Part shown: piece after piece, positions 8,207-18,005 of the stretch
How positions within the stretch are numbered: the stretch's first letter is position 1
Layout: each line of letters starts with the position of its first letter
Source: Candidatus Ornithomonoglobus merdipullorum
GTDB lineage: Bacteria > Bacillota > Clostridia > UBA1381
Length of the DNA stretch: 64,000 bases
NCBI GenBank assembly: GCA_018714695.1
Contig: DVNB01000024.1
Location: 2,563 to 66,562, forward strand
Direction: 5' to 3'
Program-made: the position numbers and the translations under genes
The notes under the pieces: generated by a model
What the model saw: only the letters and a program-made list of their open reading frames with translations
Told to the model about the DNA's origin: nothing
The model's database searches: none

Positions 8207-11206
8207 ATGATTAAGAATCTCAAAAAAGTAATTTCATCAGCAGCTGCTGTTGCGATCGTTGCTTCATCGGCTTCTGCTTTTGCTGTTACTTTCCCGGATG
8301 TTGACGAATCGGCTTCATACGCTAATGCCGTTGAGACAGTTTCGGCTCTCGGCGTAGTTGTAGGTGATGATAACGGTTTGTTTAACCCGGATGCAAATGT
8401 AACAAGAGCAGAGTTTACGACGATGGTTGTAAGAGCCCTTGGTGAAGAGGCTGCCGCTACAGCTGCGACAACATCCAGCTTCACGGATGCTGCGAACACA
8501 TCAGTTCACTGGGCAGCAGGCTATATAGCACAGGGTGTTGCAGACGGTTGGATCAACGGCTACGGCGACGGAACATTCAAGCCGGACAACACAGTTACAT
8601 ATGCAGAGGCTGTAAAGATGCTCGTATCGGCTATCGGTTATGAGCTCTATGCACAGAATGCAGGCGGCTATCCGTCAGGTTATCTTTCATACGGCGGCTC
8701 ACTCGACATCATTGACGGCGTATCGGTTGAGGGCAACTCAACAGAGCTTACGAGATCGCAGTGTGCAGTGCTTGTAAACAATGCAATGCAGGCTCCGCTG
8801 GTACTTACAGGTGATATCACTGTAGGCGGAAGCTTGGGAACAGTTACCGAGCAGCAGTACACAACAATGAACGGTACAGGTTCGGGCTGGCAGACACTTC
8901 TTACAAAGTTCCATGATGCATACGTTGTAAGAGGTCGTGTAATGGAGACTTCAAAGAGCCAGAGCGGTTCAGGTCTTGACGACGACGAGGTAAGCTTCCG
9001 TGTAGAGGCTGCTGACAACTTCGATAACGAGTACTATGGCAGCACAGGAAGTGATCCGGTAGAATTCGATATGCGCGTCGGTGATACAGACGCTGCAAAC
9101 AGAATATTTGAGTATTCAGAGGCAGTTGTTCAGAAGAACAAAGATACAGACGAGTGGGTTATCCTTTCGATCAATACATATGGTCAGAGTAAGACAGAGA
9201 CTTTTGCAGCTTCTGACGTAGACAGTGATGGAATGGGTATATCAGATCCTGTTGATACCACTGATTTTTCGGGCGTTCTTACTGACTCAAGCAAGGGCAA
9301 TTATAGGATCCCGGTATTCAAAGGTACATCTACTTCAACGACAAAGTATAGAGTGGACGAGAATGTTGCTCTTTATGTAAATGGTGTTGAAGTATCGGAT
9401 GATCTTGATGATGCATTCGGTAAGTATGTTCTTCTTAATTCGGTTGGTGATGTAACACTTATTGACTCGACAGAGCCGGGTTCGACATCGACAGACGGTT
9501 ACTATGATTTCATCATGGTTGACTACTATGTTGATGCGGTAGTTGACAGTGTAACAGAGTCAAGCTCGAACATCAGAATGTTCTTCAAGGCTAACGATAG
9601 TAACGTTGCACAGTCAAGACTTCAGTGGGATCCTGAAGATGAGGATGTAACAGTTACATTCACGAAGGATGACGCTGAGATTGCTTACACAGACGTTGCA
9701 GAGTTTGATGTTCTTTCGATAGCATATGATGTAGAGGTTGGTTTTGCTCAATCCACATTCTATGATGTAATAGTATCGAGTAACACGGTTTCGGGTCGTG
9801 TAACAAGCAGAGATGAGGAAGACGGCGTAGTAACTATAGATGGTAATGAGTATGAGTTTAATGAGAGGCTTTACAATATAAACAATGTTGAGCTTAGCAC
9901 AGACTACACTCTCTATCTTGACGCATTCGGCTATGTTGCATACATAGGTGAGGGCGACAGCGCTAAGAACTATGGTATAGTTGTTGGAATGTACATGGGT
10001 TCGGGTGATGATTACGCAACAGTAAGACTTATCGGAACAGATGGTAACGTTGTTGAATATGAAGCAAGAGACGATGCTGCAGAAAATGCTTTCTGGAACA
10101 TCCTCACAGGTGAGGAGACGTATCCGGATACAAATCCGAGCATAACTAAGGCGGATCTCAGCCGTGATACTATCCAGAATAATGTTGTTGTATACACACT
10201 CTCAAGCGGCGATATAAGACTTAGAGAGCACCTTGATCCGGTTAATGATAACGGTGTGCTTCCGTTCAGAACTTCTGGTTCAAATTCAAGACTCGGAAAC
10301 TACACGATCAGCGATACGGCTACAAAGATCATTGATGTAGACAGTTATTTGGGTTCAGATTCGAATGCAGGTGTAATGTCAGTTTCATCGTTTGCTGAGG
10401 ATACCGATTACACAGCATATGTATATGACAGAAGCAATACTTCAAACGTTTACAGATTTGTAATCGTTGTTGAGGGTACAGCTTCGATCAACCCGGATAC
10501 AACATTCGCAGTTGTTAAGTCGAATCCGAGAACAACAGATATAGACGGTACAGAGTATCTTTCGATGACTGTATGCCGTGACGGCGCTGAGGATGTAACA
10601 CTTCTCTATGAGGATACAAACGCTTCCTTCACAAGAGGTGACGTAGTTATCTATTCAATGAACGCAGACGGTACAGCTAACGAGCTTCATAAGATCATAA
10701 GCATGTCCGGTATGTCAAGATATGAGTCACTTAGAGATGCAGTTCTTGCTAATGATAACTTCTCATCGTTCGTAAGCTCAGATGTACTTCCGTACCTTGA
10801 TGATAAGACAGATCCGAGAAATGAGTGGTTCAAATCAACTGATAACAAGGAAGCTGAGGCATATTTCGGACCGATACTCAGAAAGGATGCATCAAGCATA
10901 GACCTTATTGTTAGCCAGTCGAACGGCGAATCGAACATAAATGAAGATATTGAGTCATTTACAATTGATTCGAACACGGATGTATATGTTTACGACTATT
11001 CAGAGCGTTCGGACAGCGATAACAGAGTATATGCGGGTCAGGGAGGCAACTCAACAGACGCTATATACAATGGTACATACGTTGATAAAGACGAGACAAT
11101 CGTTTCATGGGATGCTGTTCAGTCTGATGACGTTAAACCTAACTTTGCACTCGTGAAAGTTGTTGATAACGACGTAACTGAAGTAGTAGTATTTGTTGCT
11201 GACTAA
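8207..11206 (+). CDS. SLH-domain cell-surface (S-layer-like) protein
   Basis: 999 aa with a signal peptide (AVAIVASSASAFA). Three N-terminal SLH repeats follow: FPDVDESASYANAVETVSALGVVVGDDNGLFNPDANVTRAEF, HWAAGYIAQGVADGWINGYGDGTFKPDNTVTYAEA, and a third. Strong SD (AAAGGGAGGA), strong promoter and terminator, and markedly biased codon use. Confidence 0.85.
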   Translation: MIKNLKKVISSAAAVAIVASSASAFAVTFPDVDESASYANAVETVSALGVVVGDDNGLFNPDANVTRAEFTTMVVRALGEEAAATAATTSSFTDAANTSVHWAAGYIAQGVADGWINGYGDGTFKPDNTVTYAEAVKMLVSAIGYELYAQNAGGYPSGYLSYGGSLDIIDGVSVEGNSTELTRSQCAVLVNNAMQAPLVLTGDITVGGSLGTVTEQQYTTMNGTGSGWQTLLTKFHDAYVVRGRVMETSKSQSGSGLDDDEVSFRVEAADNFDNEYYGSTGSDPVEFDMRVGDTDAANRIFEYSEAVVQKNKDTDEWVILSINTYGQSKTETFAASDVDSDGMGISDPVDTTDFSGVLTDSSKGNYRIPVFKGTSTSTTKYRVDENVALYVNGVEVSDDLDDAFGKYVLLNSVGDVTLIDSTEPGSTSTDGYYDFIMVDYYVDAVVDSVTESSSNIRMFFKANDSNVAQSRLQWDPEDEDVTVTFTKDDAEIAYTDVAEFDVLSIAYDVEVGFAQSTFYDVIVSSNTVSGRVTSRDEEDGVVTIDGNEYEFNERLYNINNVELSTDYTLYLDAFGYVAYIGEGDSAKNYGIVVGMYMGSGDDYATVRLIGTDGNVVEYEARDDAAENAFWNILTGEETYPDTNPSITKADLSRDTIQNNVVVYTLSSGDIRLREHLDPVNDNGVLPFRTSGSNSRLGNYTISDTATKIIDVDSYLGSDSNAGVMSVSSFAEDTDYTAYVYDRSNTSNVYRFVIVVEGTASINPDTTFAVVKSNPRTTDIDGTEYLSMTVCRDGAEDVTLLYEDTNASFTRGDVVIYSMNADGTANELHKIISMSGMSRYESLRDAVLANDNFSSFVSSDVLPYLDDKTDPRNEWFKSTDNKEAEAYFGPILRKDASSIDLIVSQSNGESNINEDIESFTIDSNTDVYVYDYSERSDSDNRVYAGQGGNSTDAIYNGTYVDKDETIVSWDAVQSDDVKPNFALVKVVDNDVTEVVVFVAD

Positions 11207-11235
11207 TTGACAGCTTAATAAAGCATTAACTAAGG

Positions 11236-11268
11236 AGGTACCCCATTGCGGGTGCCTTCTTTTTATTT
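11236..11268 (+). terminator. intrinsic terminator
   Basis: AGGTACCC-cattgc-GGGTGCCT followed by TCTTTTTATTT. Confidence 0.65.
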
Positions 11269-11314
11269 GCTGAACAGCCTGGGAATGACGGGTATGTGAT
11301 GAATATATTGTGCG

Positions 11315-11343
11315 TTGACTCCTTTGCGGATACCGTGTATAAT
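11315..11343 (+). promoter_or_regulatory. promoter
   Basis: TTGACT, 17 nt (ending TGT), then TATAAT (extended -10). Confidence 0.55.
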
Positions 11344-11410
11344 TAACGTGACGGCGGCGTTTGCTTATGTTTCACGGCGCCGTACAAAAAAGTAAAGGAG
11401 CACAACCGAA

Positions 11411-12397
11411 ATGAAGGTGAAACGTATAGCCGCATTGGCAGCGGCGTTTACGCTTATCCGAGGCGCGGCTGCGCTCGGAGACGGTATTCCGGGACATAAA
11501 GGTACGGCTTTGGACGGCTTTGAGCTCGGAACAAAGAGTTTGGCTAAAAGAGTAATAAATTATTCAGAGATATTCAAGGATGCAGGGAGACAGTACGGGA
11601 TCGATCCGAACATACTCGCGGCGATATGCATGCAGGAGTCGTCGGGTATAAACTACAGCTATCGTGAGGACGGGAGCGCATATCCCGCATGGGGAATAAT
11701 GCAGATAGAATATACACATGAGAAGGCGTTTGCGGAGTTCGGCAGGAAAAGGACCGGTGTTGCATGGACGCTCAGCGATAGGCTTGATCCGGAAAAAGCG
11801 GTGCCGTATGCGGCATATCTTTTGTCGGAGTCTCTGTACAGATACGACGGCGACTATGTGAAGATGATACAGGCGTACAACTTTGGCGATGTCGTTCTGA
11901 ACAGGATAATAGCCGCCGCCGGTGACAACTGGCTGAATGAGAGGATAAATGCCGCGAAATATGCAGACAACTGGAAGTACAATAAATACGGTGATGCGCT
12001 GTATGCTGAACGTGTGCTTTCATACTATTCATCGGCGCTGGATAATGTGAGCGCGGCGGTGGAGGTAGACGGAAAAGCGGTGAAATTCGAGGATCAGTAT
12101 CCGATAATAGAGGATGGCAGAACACTGATACCTATAAGAGCGTTGAGTGAAGCGCTGGGAGCGGAAGTTGAATGGGACGGTACGCTGCGCTGTGTGTACA
12201 TTAACAAGGACGGTACAAGTATAGAGCTGACGATAGGAAAATCGGACGCGTATATAGACGGTATGGCATATGAGCTTGACGTTGCCGCAGACATAATAAA
12301 CGACAGAACTATGGTGCCGCTGAGATTTGCGGCGGAGGCTCTCGGCTGTGAGGTCGAATGGGACGGCGATGCGAGGACCGTGGTGATAGAGAAATAA
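11411..12397 (+). CDS. lytic transglycosylase (SLT domain) with a C-terminal copper-amine-oxidase-N-like domain
   Basis: Signal peptide, then the SLT catalytic motif AAICMQESSG...GIMQIEY. The C-terminal half matches the stalk domain pattern (DGRTLIPIRALSEALGAEVEWDG, DRTMVPLRFAAEALGCEVEWDG). Confidence 0.8.
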   Translation: MKVKRIAALAAAFTLIRGAAALGDGIPGHKGTALDGFELGTKSLAKRVINYSEIFKDAGRQYGIDPNILAAICMQESSGINYSYREDGSAYPAWGIMQIEYTHEKAFAEFGRKRTGVAWTLSDRLDPEKAVPYAAYLLSESLYRYDGDYVKMIQAYNFGDVVLNRIIAAAGDNWLNERINAAKYADNWKYNKYGDALYAERVLSYYSSALDNVSAAVEVDGKAVKFEDQYPIIEDGRTLIPIRALSEALGAEVEWDGTLRCVYINKDGTSIELTIGKSDAYIDGMAYELDVAADIINDRTMVPLRFAAEALGCEVEWDGDARTVVIEK

Positions 12398-12415
12398 GAA
12401 TTTTTGTTGAAATGC

Positions 12416-12445
12416 TTGACTTCCCATACCTACAGGTGATATAAT
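12416..12445 (+). promoter_or_regulatory. promoter of the small ORF
   Basis: TTGACT, 18 nt, then TGATATAAT (extended -10). Confidence 0.5.
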
Positions 12446-12471
12446 TATCATAGGAGGAAGGAGTGTCAACT

Positions 12472-12693
12472 ATGTGCAGAGTAATGGATATAAAGTATAA
12501 TCAAGGATATGAATCGGGACATGCGAGAGGACTCGAGCAGGGACTTGAGCAGGGACTTGAACAAGCGCTTGTTGATGTCCTTCGAAAGATGATCAGCAAG
12601 GGCTACACGCTTGACTCTGCTATGGATTTTCTGGATATTGAAGATGCTAAGAGAAATATTCTTAAAAAGGATGTAGCAGAGGCAAATGCATGA
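12472..12693 (+). CDS. small protein resembling only the C-terminal tail of Rpn/YhgA-like (PD-(D/E)XK transposase-like) proteins
   Basis: 73 aa from the ATG at 12472 (the track starts at GTG 12463), after the SD AGGAGGAAGGAG. Contains a GLEQGLEQGLEQ repeat followed by a short helical tail (LVDVLRKMISKGYTLDSAMDFLDIED). The family assignment is from memory of that family's tails. Confidence 0.4.
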   Translation: MCRVMDIKYNQGYESGHARGLEQGLEQGLEQALVDVLRKMISKGYTLDSAMDFLDIEDAKRNILKKDVAEANA

Positions 12694-12747
12694 AAAAACA
12701 CGGACGTGCCGGAGAGCTGAATTTCCGGTGCGCCCGTGTTATTTTTA
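12693..12747. terminator. bidirectional terminator between the small ORF and galE
   Basis: AAAAAACACGGACGTGCCGGA...TCCGGTGCGCCCGTGTTATTTTT, with an A-run on the left and a T-run on the right. Confidence 0.6.
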
Positions 12748-12752
12748 TATCA

Positions 12753-13766
12753 TCAATCGTCAAAGCCGTTCGGATGTGTTGACTGCCATCTCCATGAGTC
12801 TTCGCACATCTCGTCGATGCCGCGTTCTGCGACCCAGCCAAGCTCGTTCTTCGCCTTTGTTGCATCGGCATAGCATTCTGCGATGTCGCCGGGTCTGCGA
12901 GGGTCTATCTGGTACGGAAGCTCCTTGCCGCATGCTTTGGAGAATGCTGCGATGATCTGGAGCACGCTGTAGCCGTTGCCTGTTCCCAAGTTATATATAT
13001 GTACGCCCGACTTGTCGGAGCAATGCTCGATCGCCTTGATGTGTCCGAGTGCAAGATCAACTACGTGGATGTAATCTCTCACGCCTGTTCCGTCCGGTGT
13101 CGGATAGTCGTCGCCGAAAACGTGGATCTTTTCAAGCTTGCCTACCGCTACCTGCGCAACATACGGGAGCAGATTGTTCGGGATGCCCTTCGGATCCTCG
13201 CCGAGTTCACCGCTCTTGTGAGCTCCTATGGGGTTGAAGTACCTTAAAAGCGTTACGGAAAGCTTCGGATTTGCTTTTTGAGCGTCTGTCATGATCTGCT
13301 CTATCATGAGCTTGGTCGAACCATATGGATTTGTTGTTGAAAGCGGAAAATCTTCTGTGATCGGCACCGTTTTGGGCATTCCGTAAACGGTTGCCGATGA
13401 TGAAAACACAATGTTGTTTACATCGTACTTTTCCATAAGCTCCATGAGTATAAGCGTTCCTGTGATATTGTTGTGGTAATATCTCAGCGGTATCCTGGTC
13501 GATTCGCCGACCGCCTTGAGTCCGGCGAAATGGATCACTGCATCGATCTTGTTCTCGGCAAAAACCTTATCAATATCGTCTCGGTCGAGAAGATCGTACT
13601 GATAGAATTTAAAATCCCTGCCTGTGAGTCTTTTTATAGCCTCGATCGCCTTGATGTTTGAATTGTCAAGATTATCTACTACTACGATGTCATAGCCGGC
13701 GTTCAGAAGCTCAACGCAGGTGTGACTGCCTATGTATCCGGCGCCTCCGGTTACAAGAATGTTCAT
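12753..13766 (-). CDS. galE: UDP-glucose 4-epimerase
   Basis: 337 aa with the Rossmann motif MNILVTGGAGYIGSH and the SDR catalytic YGSTK. Confidence 0.93.
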   Translation of the reverse strand: MNILVTGGAGYIGSHTCVELLNAGYDIVVVDNLDNSNIKAIEAIKRLTGRDFKFYQYDLLDRDDIDKVFAENKIDAVIHFAGLKAVGESTRIPLRYYHNNITGTLILMELMEKYDVNNIVFSSSATVYGMPKTVPITEDFPLSTTNPYGSTKLMIEQIMTDAQKANPKLSVTLLRYFNPIGAHKSGELGEDPKGIPNNLLPYVAQVAVGKLEKIHVFGDDYPTPDGTGVRDYIHVVDLALGHIKAIEHCSDKSGVHIYNLGTGNGYSVLQIIAAFSKACGKELPYQIDPRRPGDIAECYADATKAKNELGWVAERGIDEMCEDSWRWQSTHPNGFDD

Positions 13767-14001
13767 TGGTGGTCCCTCCTTAAAATAAGTAGCATGCGCC
13801 GCTGAAACGGCATTATTGCAATCATTTTTGCGCGCGGTGTGATATTCCTCGCGTCCCTGAGATTATTATACATCAAATCTGCCGTGATTTCAAGGACTAT
13901 ATCAAATTTTTCGTATGGCGCGATTACAAATATGCATAAAATATTTTTTTTAAAGAAAACTAATTTGTGTAATATTTCATGAAAATATTTTTTCAAAAAT
14001 G

Positions 14002-14030
14002 TTGACTTTTCGGCATAACTATGGTAAAAT
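14002..14030 (+). promoter_or_regulatory. promoter of the S10 operon
   Basis: TTGACT, 17 nt, then TGGTAAAAT (extended -10). Confidence 0.6.
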
Positions 14031-14036
14031 ACTAAT

Positions 14037-14372
14037 GTTGTGACACTAGACAAACGATGATGCAGGAGGTTGCGGCGCAGGGGCGCCGGTTATTTCTGCG
14101 GAGAATGTCCGGTTCGTGAAGCCGGGCGGCAGTCAAGCCACTAAGTCTGTGTTCCGTGCGCGCTATACCTGTGTCTTGCGCGTATGCGGATAACTGCGGC
14201 ATAAATGCGCAGTGAAACGAGTGGTGAAAATTGACTTGTATGCCCGAGGATCCAAGTATCCATCGGGTTTTTAAAAGGGGTGGACAGAAACACCCGGGAG
14301 TGTGTGCAATTTTCCGTATGAGCTGTCGTGCAGAGTGCAACAAATTATTTATTATGAGGAGGGAATCAAAGT
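14037..14372 (+). promoter_or_regulatory. ~335-nt structured rpsJ leader with an internal terminator-like hairpin (14243-14272)
   Basis: No credible ORF in this stretch. Hairpins include CGGCGC-AGGG-GCGCCG. CCCGAGGAT-ccaagt-ATCCaTCGGG is followed by TTTTT about 100 nt before the rpsJ ATG. Confidence 0.45.
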
Positions 14373-14687
14373 ATGGCAGCAAACCAGAAAATCAGAATCA
14401 AGTTGAAGGCTTATGACCACGTGGTATTGGACCAGAGCGCTGAGAAGATAGTTGAGATCGCAAAGAGAACGGGCGCAAAGGTGTCGGGTCCCATCCCGCT
14501 TCCCACAAGCAAGGAGATAATCACAATTCTTCGTGCGGTTCATAAGTACAAGGATTCGCGTGAGCAGTTCGAAAGAAGGACTCACAAGAGACTGATCGAC
14601 ATAGTTGTTCCTGGTCAGAAGACAATGGAATCGCTCATGAAGATCGATCTTCCGGCAGGCGTGGATATAAGCATTATCCAGAAGTAA
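14373..14687 (+). CDS. rpsJ: 30S ribosomal protein S10
   Basis: 104 aa, [24 protein letters not shown], with a GAGGAGGG SD. Confidence 0.98.
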   Translation: MAANQKIRIKLKAYDHVVLDQSAEKIVEIAKRTGAKVSGPIPLPTSKEIITILRAVHKYKDSREQFERRTHKRLIDIVVPGQKTMESLMKIDLPAGVDISIIQK

Positions 14688-14790
14688 TAAGCCGGTAAAA
14701 TGTTTTTGGCAGTAACCCGGTATTGGGTTATGATGCAGGTCAAGTTTGCATCGCTTTTGTGCAAACCAATAACTGTTTAGGAGGAAAATC

Positions 14791-15420
14791 ATGAAGAAAG
14801 CAATTTTAGGTACTAAGATTGGTATGACTCAGATATTCGGAGAAGGCGGCAGGGTAATCCCCGTTACTGCGATCCTCGCGGGACCGTGCACAGTCGTTCA
14901 GAAGAAGACGGTCGAGACTGACGGCTACAATGCTGTACAGGTAGGATACGGCGAGATCAAAGAGAAAAAGGTCAATAAGCCGCTTAAGGGTCATTTTGCA
15001 AAGGCTAATACAGCCAATAAGAGATATTTGAGAGAGTTCAGACTTGAGGATATCGACAGCTACAATGTAGGCGATGAGATCAAGGCTGAGATATTTGAAG
15101 CCGGTGAGAAGGTAGATGTAAGCGGTATCTCAAAGGGTCATGGTTTCGCGGGCCCGATGAAGAGATGGAACCTCCACAGAGGTCCGATGTCACACGGTTC
15201 GCATTCGAAGAGAGTTTCGGGTTCAATGGGTATGTGCTCGTTCCCCGGACGTGTATTCAAGGGAAAGAAGCTCCCGGGACACTATGGTGTCGATAAGGTA
15301 ACTATCCAGAACCTTGAGGTCGTAAAGGTAGACGCTGAGAATAATCTTATTCTCGTTAAGGGCGCCGTACCGGGTGTTAAAGGCGGTCTTATAACGATAA
15401 GAAACGCCGTTAAGGCTTGA
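14791..15420 (+). CDS. rplC: 50S ribosomal protein L3
   Basis: 209 aa, [12 protein letters not shown]...[12 protein letters not shown]. Confidence 0.98.
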   Translation: MKKAILGTKIGMTQIFGEGGRVIPVTAILAGPCTVVQKKTVETDGYNAVQVGYGEIKEKKVNKPLKGHFAKANTANKRYLREFRLEDIDSYNVGDEIKAEIFEAGEKVDVSGISKGHGFAGPMKRWNLHRGPMSHGSHSKRVSGSMGMCSFPGRVFKGKKLPGHYGVDKVTIQNLEVVKVDAENNLILVKGAVPGVKGGLITIRNAVKA

Positions 15421-15449
15421 TTTCGGGTATTTGGAAAGGAGGAAATATA

Positions 15450-16070
15450 ATGGCTAAATTGGCTTTATATAATATGGAAGGTCAGAAGACCGGTTCTATG
15501 GAAGCATCCGATGCGCTTTTCGCAGCGGAGGTTAAAGAGGCTGTTCTTCACGCCGTTGTCGTAAACCACCTTGCTAACAAGAGACAGGGTACGCAGAACA
15601 CAAAGACTCGTACCGAGGTGCGCGGCGGAGGAAAGAAGCCGTGGAGACAGAAGGGTACAGGCCGTGCAAGACAGGGCAGTATCCGCGCTCCGCAGTGGGT
15701 AGGCGGCGGAGTGGCACTCGGACCCAAGCCGAGAAGCTACCGTTACAGCCTGAACAAGAAGATGAAGAGAGTTGCTCTCAAGTCTGCGCTCACAGCTAAG
15801 TATAACGATTACGCGGTATACGTAATAGACGGTCTCTCACTTGACGAGATCAAGACTGCAAAGATCGCTGCTCTTATGAAGGGGCTCGAGGTCAAGTCTG
15901 CGCTTCTCGTTACAGCCGAGGCTGACAATAACGTATATATGTCATCAAGAAACATTCACGGTGTTACTCCCACACACGTAGGAGCAATAAACACTTACGA
16001 TATAATGAAGCACGGCGCGCTCGTTCTTTCGAAGGAAGCCGTTGAGAAATTAGAGGAGGTGTACGCATAA
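15450..16070 (+). CDS. rplD: 50S ribosomal protein L4
   Basis: [19 protein letters not shown]. The track start (15417) is trimmed to the ATG at 15450, which follows GGAAAGGAGG. Confidence 0.96.
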   Translation: MAKLALYNMEGQKTGSMEASDALFAAEVKEAVLHAVVVNHLANKRQGTQNTKTRTEVRGGGKKPWRQKGTGRARQGSIRAPQWVGGGVALGPKPRSYRYSLNKKMKRVALKSALTAKYNDYAVYVIDGLSLDEIKTAKIAALMKGLEVKSALLVTAEADNNVYMSSRNIHGVTPTHVGAINTYDIMKHGALVLSKEAVEKLEEVYA

Positions 16071-16372
16071 TGAATTCTTACGATATCATCAAGAGACCGA
16101 TCATCACAGAGAAATCGATGCAGGTTTTGACAGACAGAGAGGGTAACGAGATCAGAAGGTACACTTTCGAGGTTCCCAAGACTGTCAACAAGCTTGAGAT
16201 AAAGTATGCGGTCGAAGAGGTTTTCGGAGTTAAGGTTGCAAAGGTAAACACAATGAACTATGCCGGCAAGCTTAAGAGAATGGGACGTTACGAGGGAAGA
16301 CGCCCTTCGTGGAAGAAGGCTATCGTTACTCTCACAGCTGATTCGAAGTCGATCGAGTTCTTCGATATGTAA
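16070..16372 (+). CDS. rplW: 50S ribosomal protein L23
   Basis: 100 aa, [13 protein letters not shown], with a TAATG overlap onto rplD. Confidence 0.97.
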   Translation: MNSYDIIKRPIITEKSMQVLTDREGNEIRRYTFEVPKTVNKLEIKYAVEEVFGVKVAKVNTMNYAGKLKRMGRYEGRRPSWKKAIVTLTADSKSIEFFDM

Positions 16373-16431
16373 TTTTAAGTAACGTCACTGAAATGAAATC
16401 AAGTAATTTTAGATAAGGAGAGTAAAGGATA

Positions 16432-17265
16432 ATGGCTATAAAAAAGTATAATCCTACGTCGCCTGCGAGAAGATTCATGACTGTTTCGGACTTTGCCGAA
16501 ATCACAAAGAAAACTCCGGAACGCTCGCTTCTTGCCAAGAAGAACAAGAATGCCGGCAGAAACTCATACGGCAGGATCACTGTTCGTCACAGAGGCGGCG
16601 GCAACAAGCAGAAGTACAGAATAATAGATTTTAAGCGCCAGAAGGACGGAATGACAGCTACCGTTATCGGTATCGAGTACGATCCGAACAGAACGGCGAA
16701 CATCGCTCTTATCCAGTATGAGGACGGCGTTAAGGCATATATAATCGCTCCCGAGGGTCTTACAGACGGTATGACAGTAGTATCGGGCGAGGGCGCCGAC
16801 ATCAAGGTCGGAAACGCGCTGTTCATAAAGGATATCCCGGTCGGTACACTCATCCACAACATTGAGCTTTACCCCGGCAGAGGCGGTCAGCTCGTAAGAA
16901 GCGCGGGCGAGAGCGGTCAGCTCATGGCGAAGGAGAACGGTTACGGACAGGTAAGACTTCCTTCCGGAGAGGTAAGACTCGTGAGCCTCAACTGCAAGGC
17001 TACGATCGGTGTTGTAGGAAATCAGCAGCACGAGAACATCTCGATCGGTAAAGCGGGAAGAAAGCGTCACATGGGTTGGAGACCTACCGTTCGAGGAGTA
17101 GTAATGAACCCGAACGACCATCCGCACGGCGGTGGTGAGGGTAAGTCACCTATCGGACGTCCGGAGCCTGTTACACCGTGGGGTAAGCCCGCACTCGGTC
17201 TCAAGACGAGAAAGAGAAAGAACAGGTCAGACAAGTTCATTGTTAAGAGAAGAAACGACAAGTAA
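16432..17265 (+). CDS. rplB: 50S ribosomal protein L2
   Basis: 277 aa, [10 protein letters not shown]...HPHGGGEGK. Confidence 0.98.
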   Translation: MAIKKYNPTSPARRFMTVSDFAEITKKTPERSLLAKKNKNAGRNSYGRITVRHRGGGNKQKYRIIDFKRQKDGMTATVIGIEYDPNRTANIALIQYEDGVKAYIIAPEGLTDGMTVVSGEGADIKVGNALFIKDIPVGTLIHNIELYPGRGGQLVRSAGESGQLMAKENGYGQVRLPSGEVRLVSLNCKATIGVVGNQQHENISIGKAGRKRHMGWRPTVRGVVMNPNDHPHGGGEGKSPIGRPEPVTPWGKPALGLKTRKRKNRSDKFIVKRRNDK

Positions 17266-17303
17266 TTGTCCTTATATATTGTTCGTAAAAGGAGGAACAG
17301 AGA

Positions 17304-17576
17304 ATGAGCAGATCGATCAAGAAGGGACCTTTCGTTGAGGAGCGTCTTATGAAAAGAATCGATGCGATGAATGAAGCTAATGAGAAGAAAGTTATAAGAA
17401 CTTGGTCAAGAGCTTCCACAATATTCCCTGAGATGGTCGGACACACCATTGCGGTGCACGACGGCAGAAAGCATGTTCCGGTTTTCATAAGCGAAGACAT
17501 GGTTGGACATAAGCTTGGCGAGTTCGCACCGACAAGAACCTTCAAGGGTCATGCCGGAGCAAAGACTTCGAAGTAA
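17304..17576 (+). CDS. rpsS: 30S ribosomal protein S19
   Basis: 90 aa, [10 protein letters not shown]...[13 protein letters not shown]. Confidence 0.98.
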   Translation: MSRSIKKGPFVEERLMKRIDAMNEANEKKVIRTWSRASTIFPEMVGHTIAVHDGRKHVPVFISEDMVGHKLGEFAPTRTFKGHAGAKTSK

Positions 17577-17646
17577 TCGGGGATCTAAAACAGAATTTCA
17601 GAGATTAAGTATACAATCAAAAATGATTGGAAGGAGGATTTCCTAA

Positions 17647-17985
17647 ATGGAAGCACGTGCAACAGTTAGATATGCTCGTATATCATCCAGAAAGGTGAAG
17701 ATAGTTCTTGACCTGATAAGAAACAAGCCGGTAAACGTAGCGGAAGCGATTCTTAAGAATACGCCCAAAGCCGGATGTGAATATGTAGGCAAGCTTCTCG
17801 CGTCGGCTGTGGCAAACGCTGAGAATAACAATAACATGGATCGTGATAAGCTCGTAGTATCGGAGTGCTACGCAACGCAGGGTCCGTCACTTAAGAGAAT
17901 ACAGCCGAGAGCGCAGGGAAGAGCGTTCCGTATCTTGAAGAGAACCAGCCATATCACATTAGTGGTTAAGGAATTGGAAGACTAA
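17647..17985 (+). CDS. rplV: 50S ribosomal protein L22
   Basis: 112 aa, [16 protein letters not shown]. Confidence 0.97.
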   Translation: MEARATVRYARISSRKVKIVLDLIRNKPVNVAEAILKNTPKAGCEYVGKLLASAVANAENNNNMDRDKLVVSECYATQGPSLKRIQPRAQGRAFRILKRTSHITLVVKELED

Positions 17986-18005
17986 GCTAAGAAGGAGGTT
18001 AACTC

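Noticed and set aside
12529-12564. The 12-bp x3 tandem repeat as a CRISPR-like or VNTR locus
   Set aside because: It has only three contiguous units without spacers, in frame inside a small ORF (GLEQ x3). It is a coding microsatellite, not a CRISPR array.
13763-14416. ORFs 13763-14053 (-), 14032-14382 (-) and 14231-14416 (+)
   Set aside because: They lie in the galE-rpsJ intergenic and leader region, lack SDs and overlap the promoter or rpsJ start out of frame. The region is treated as non-coding leader.
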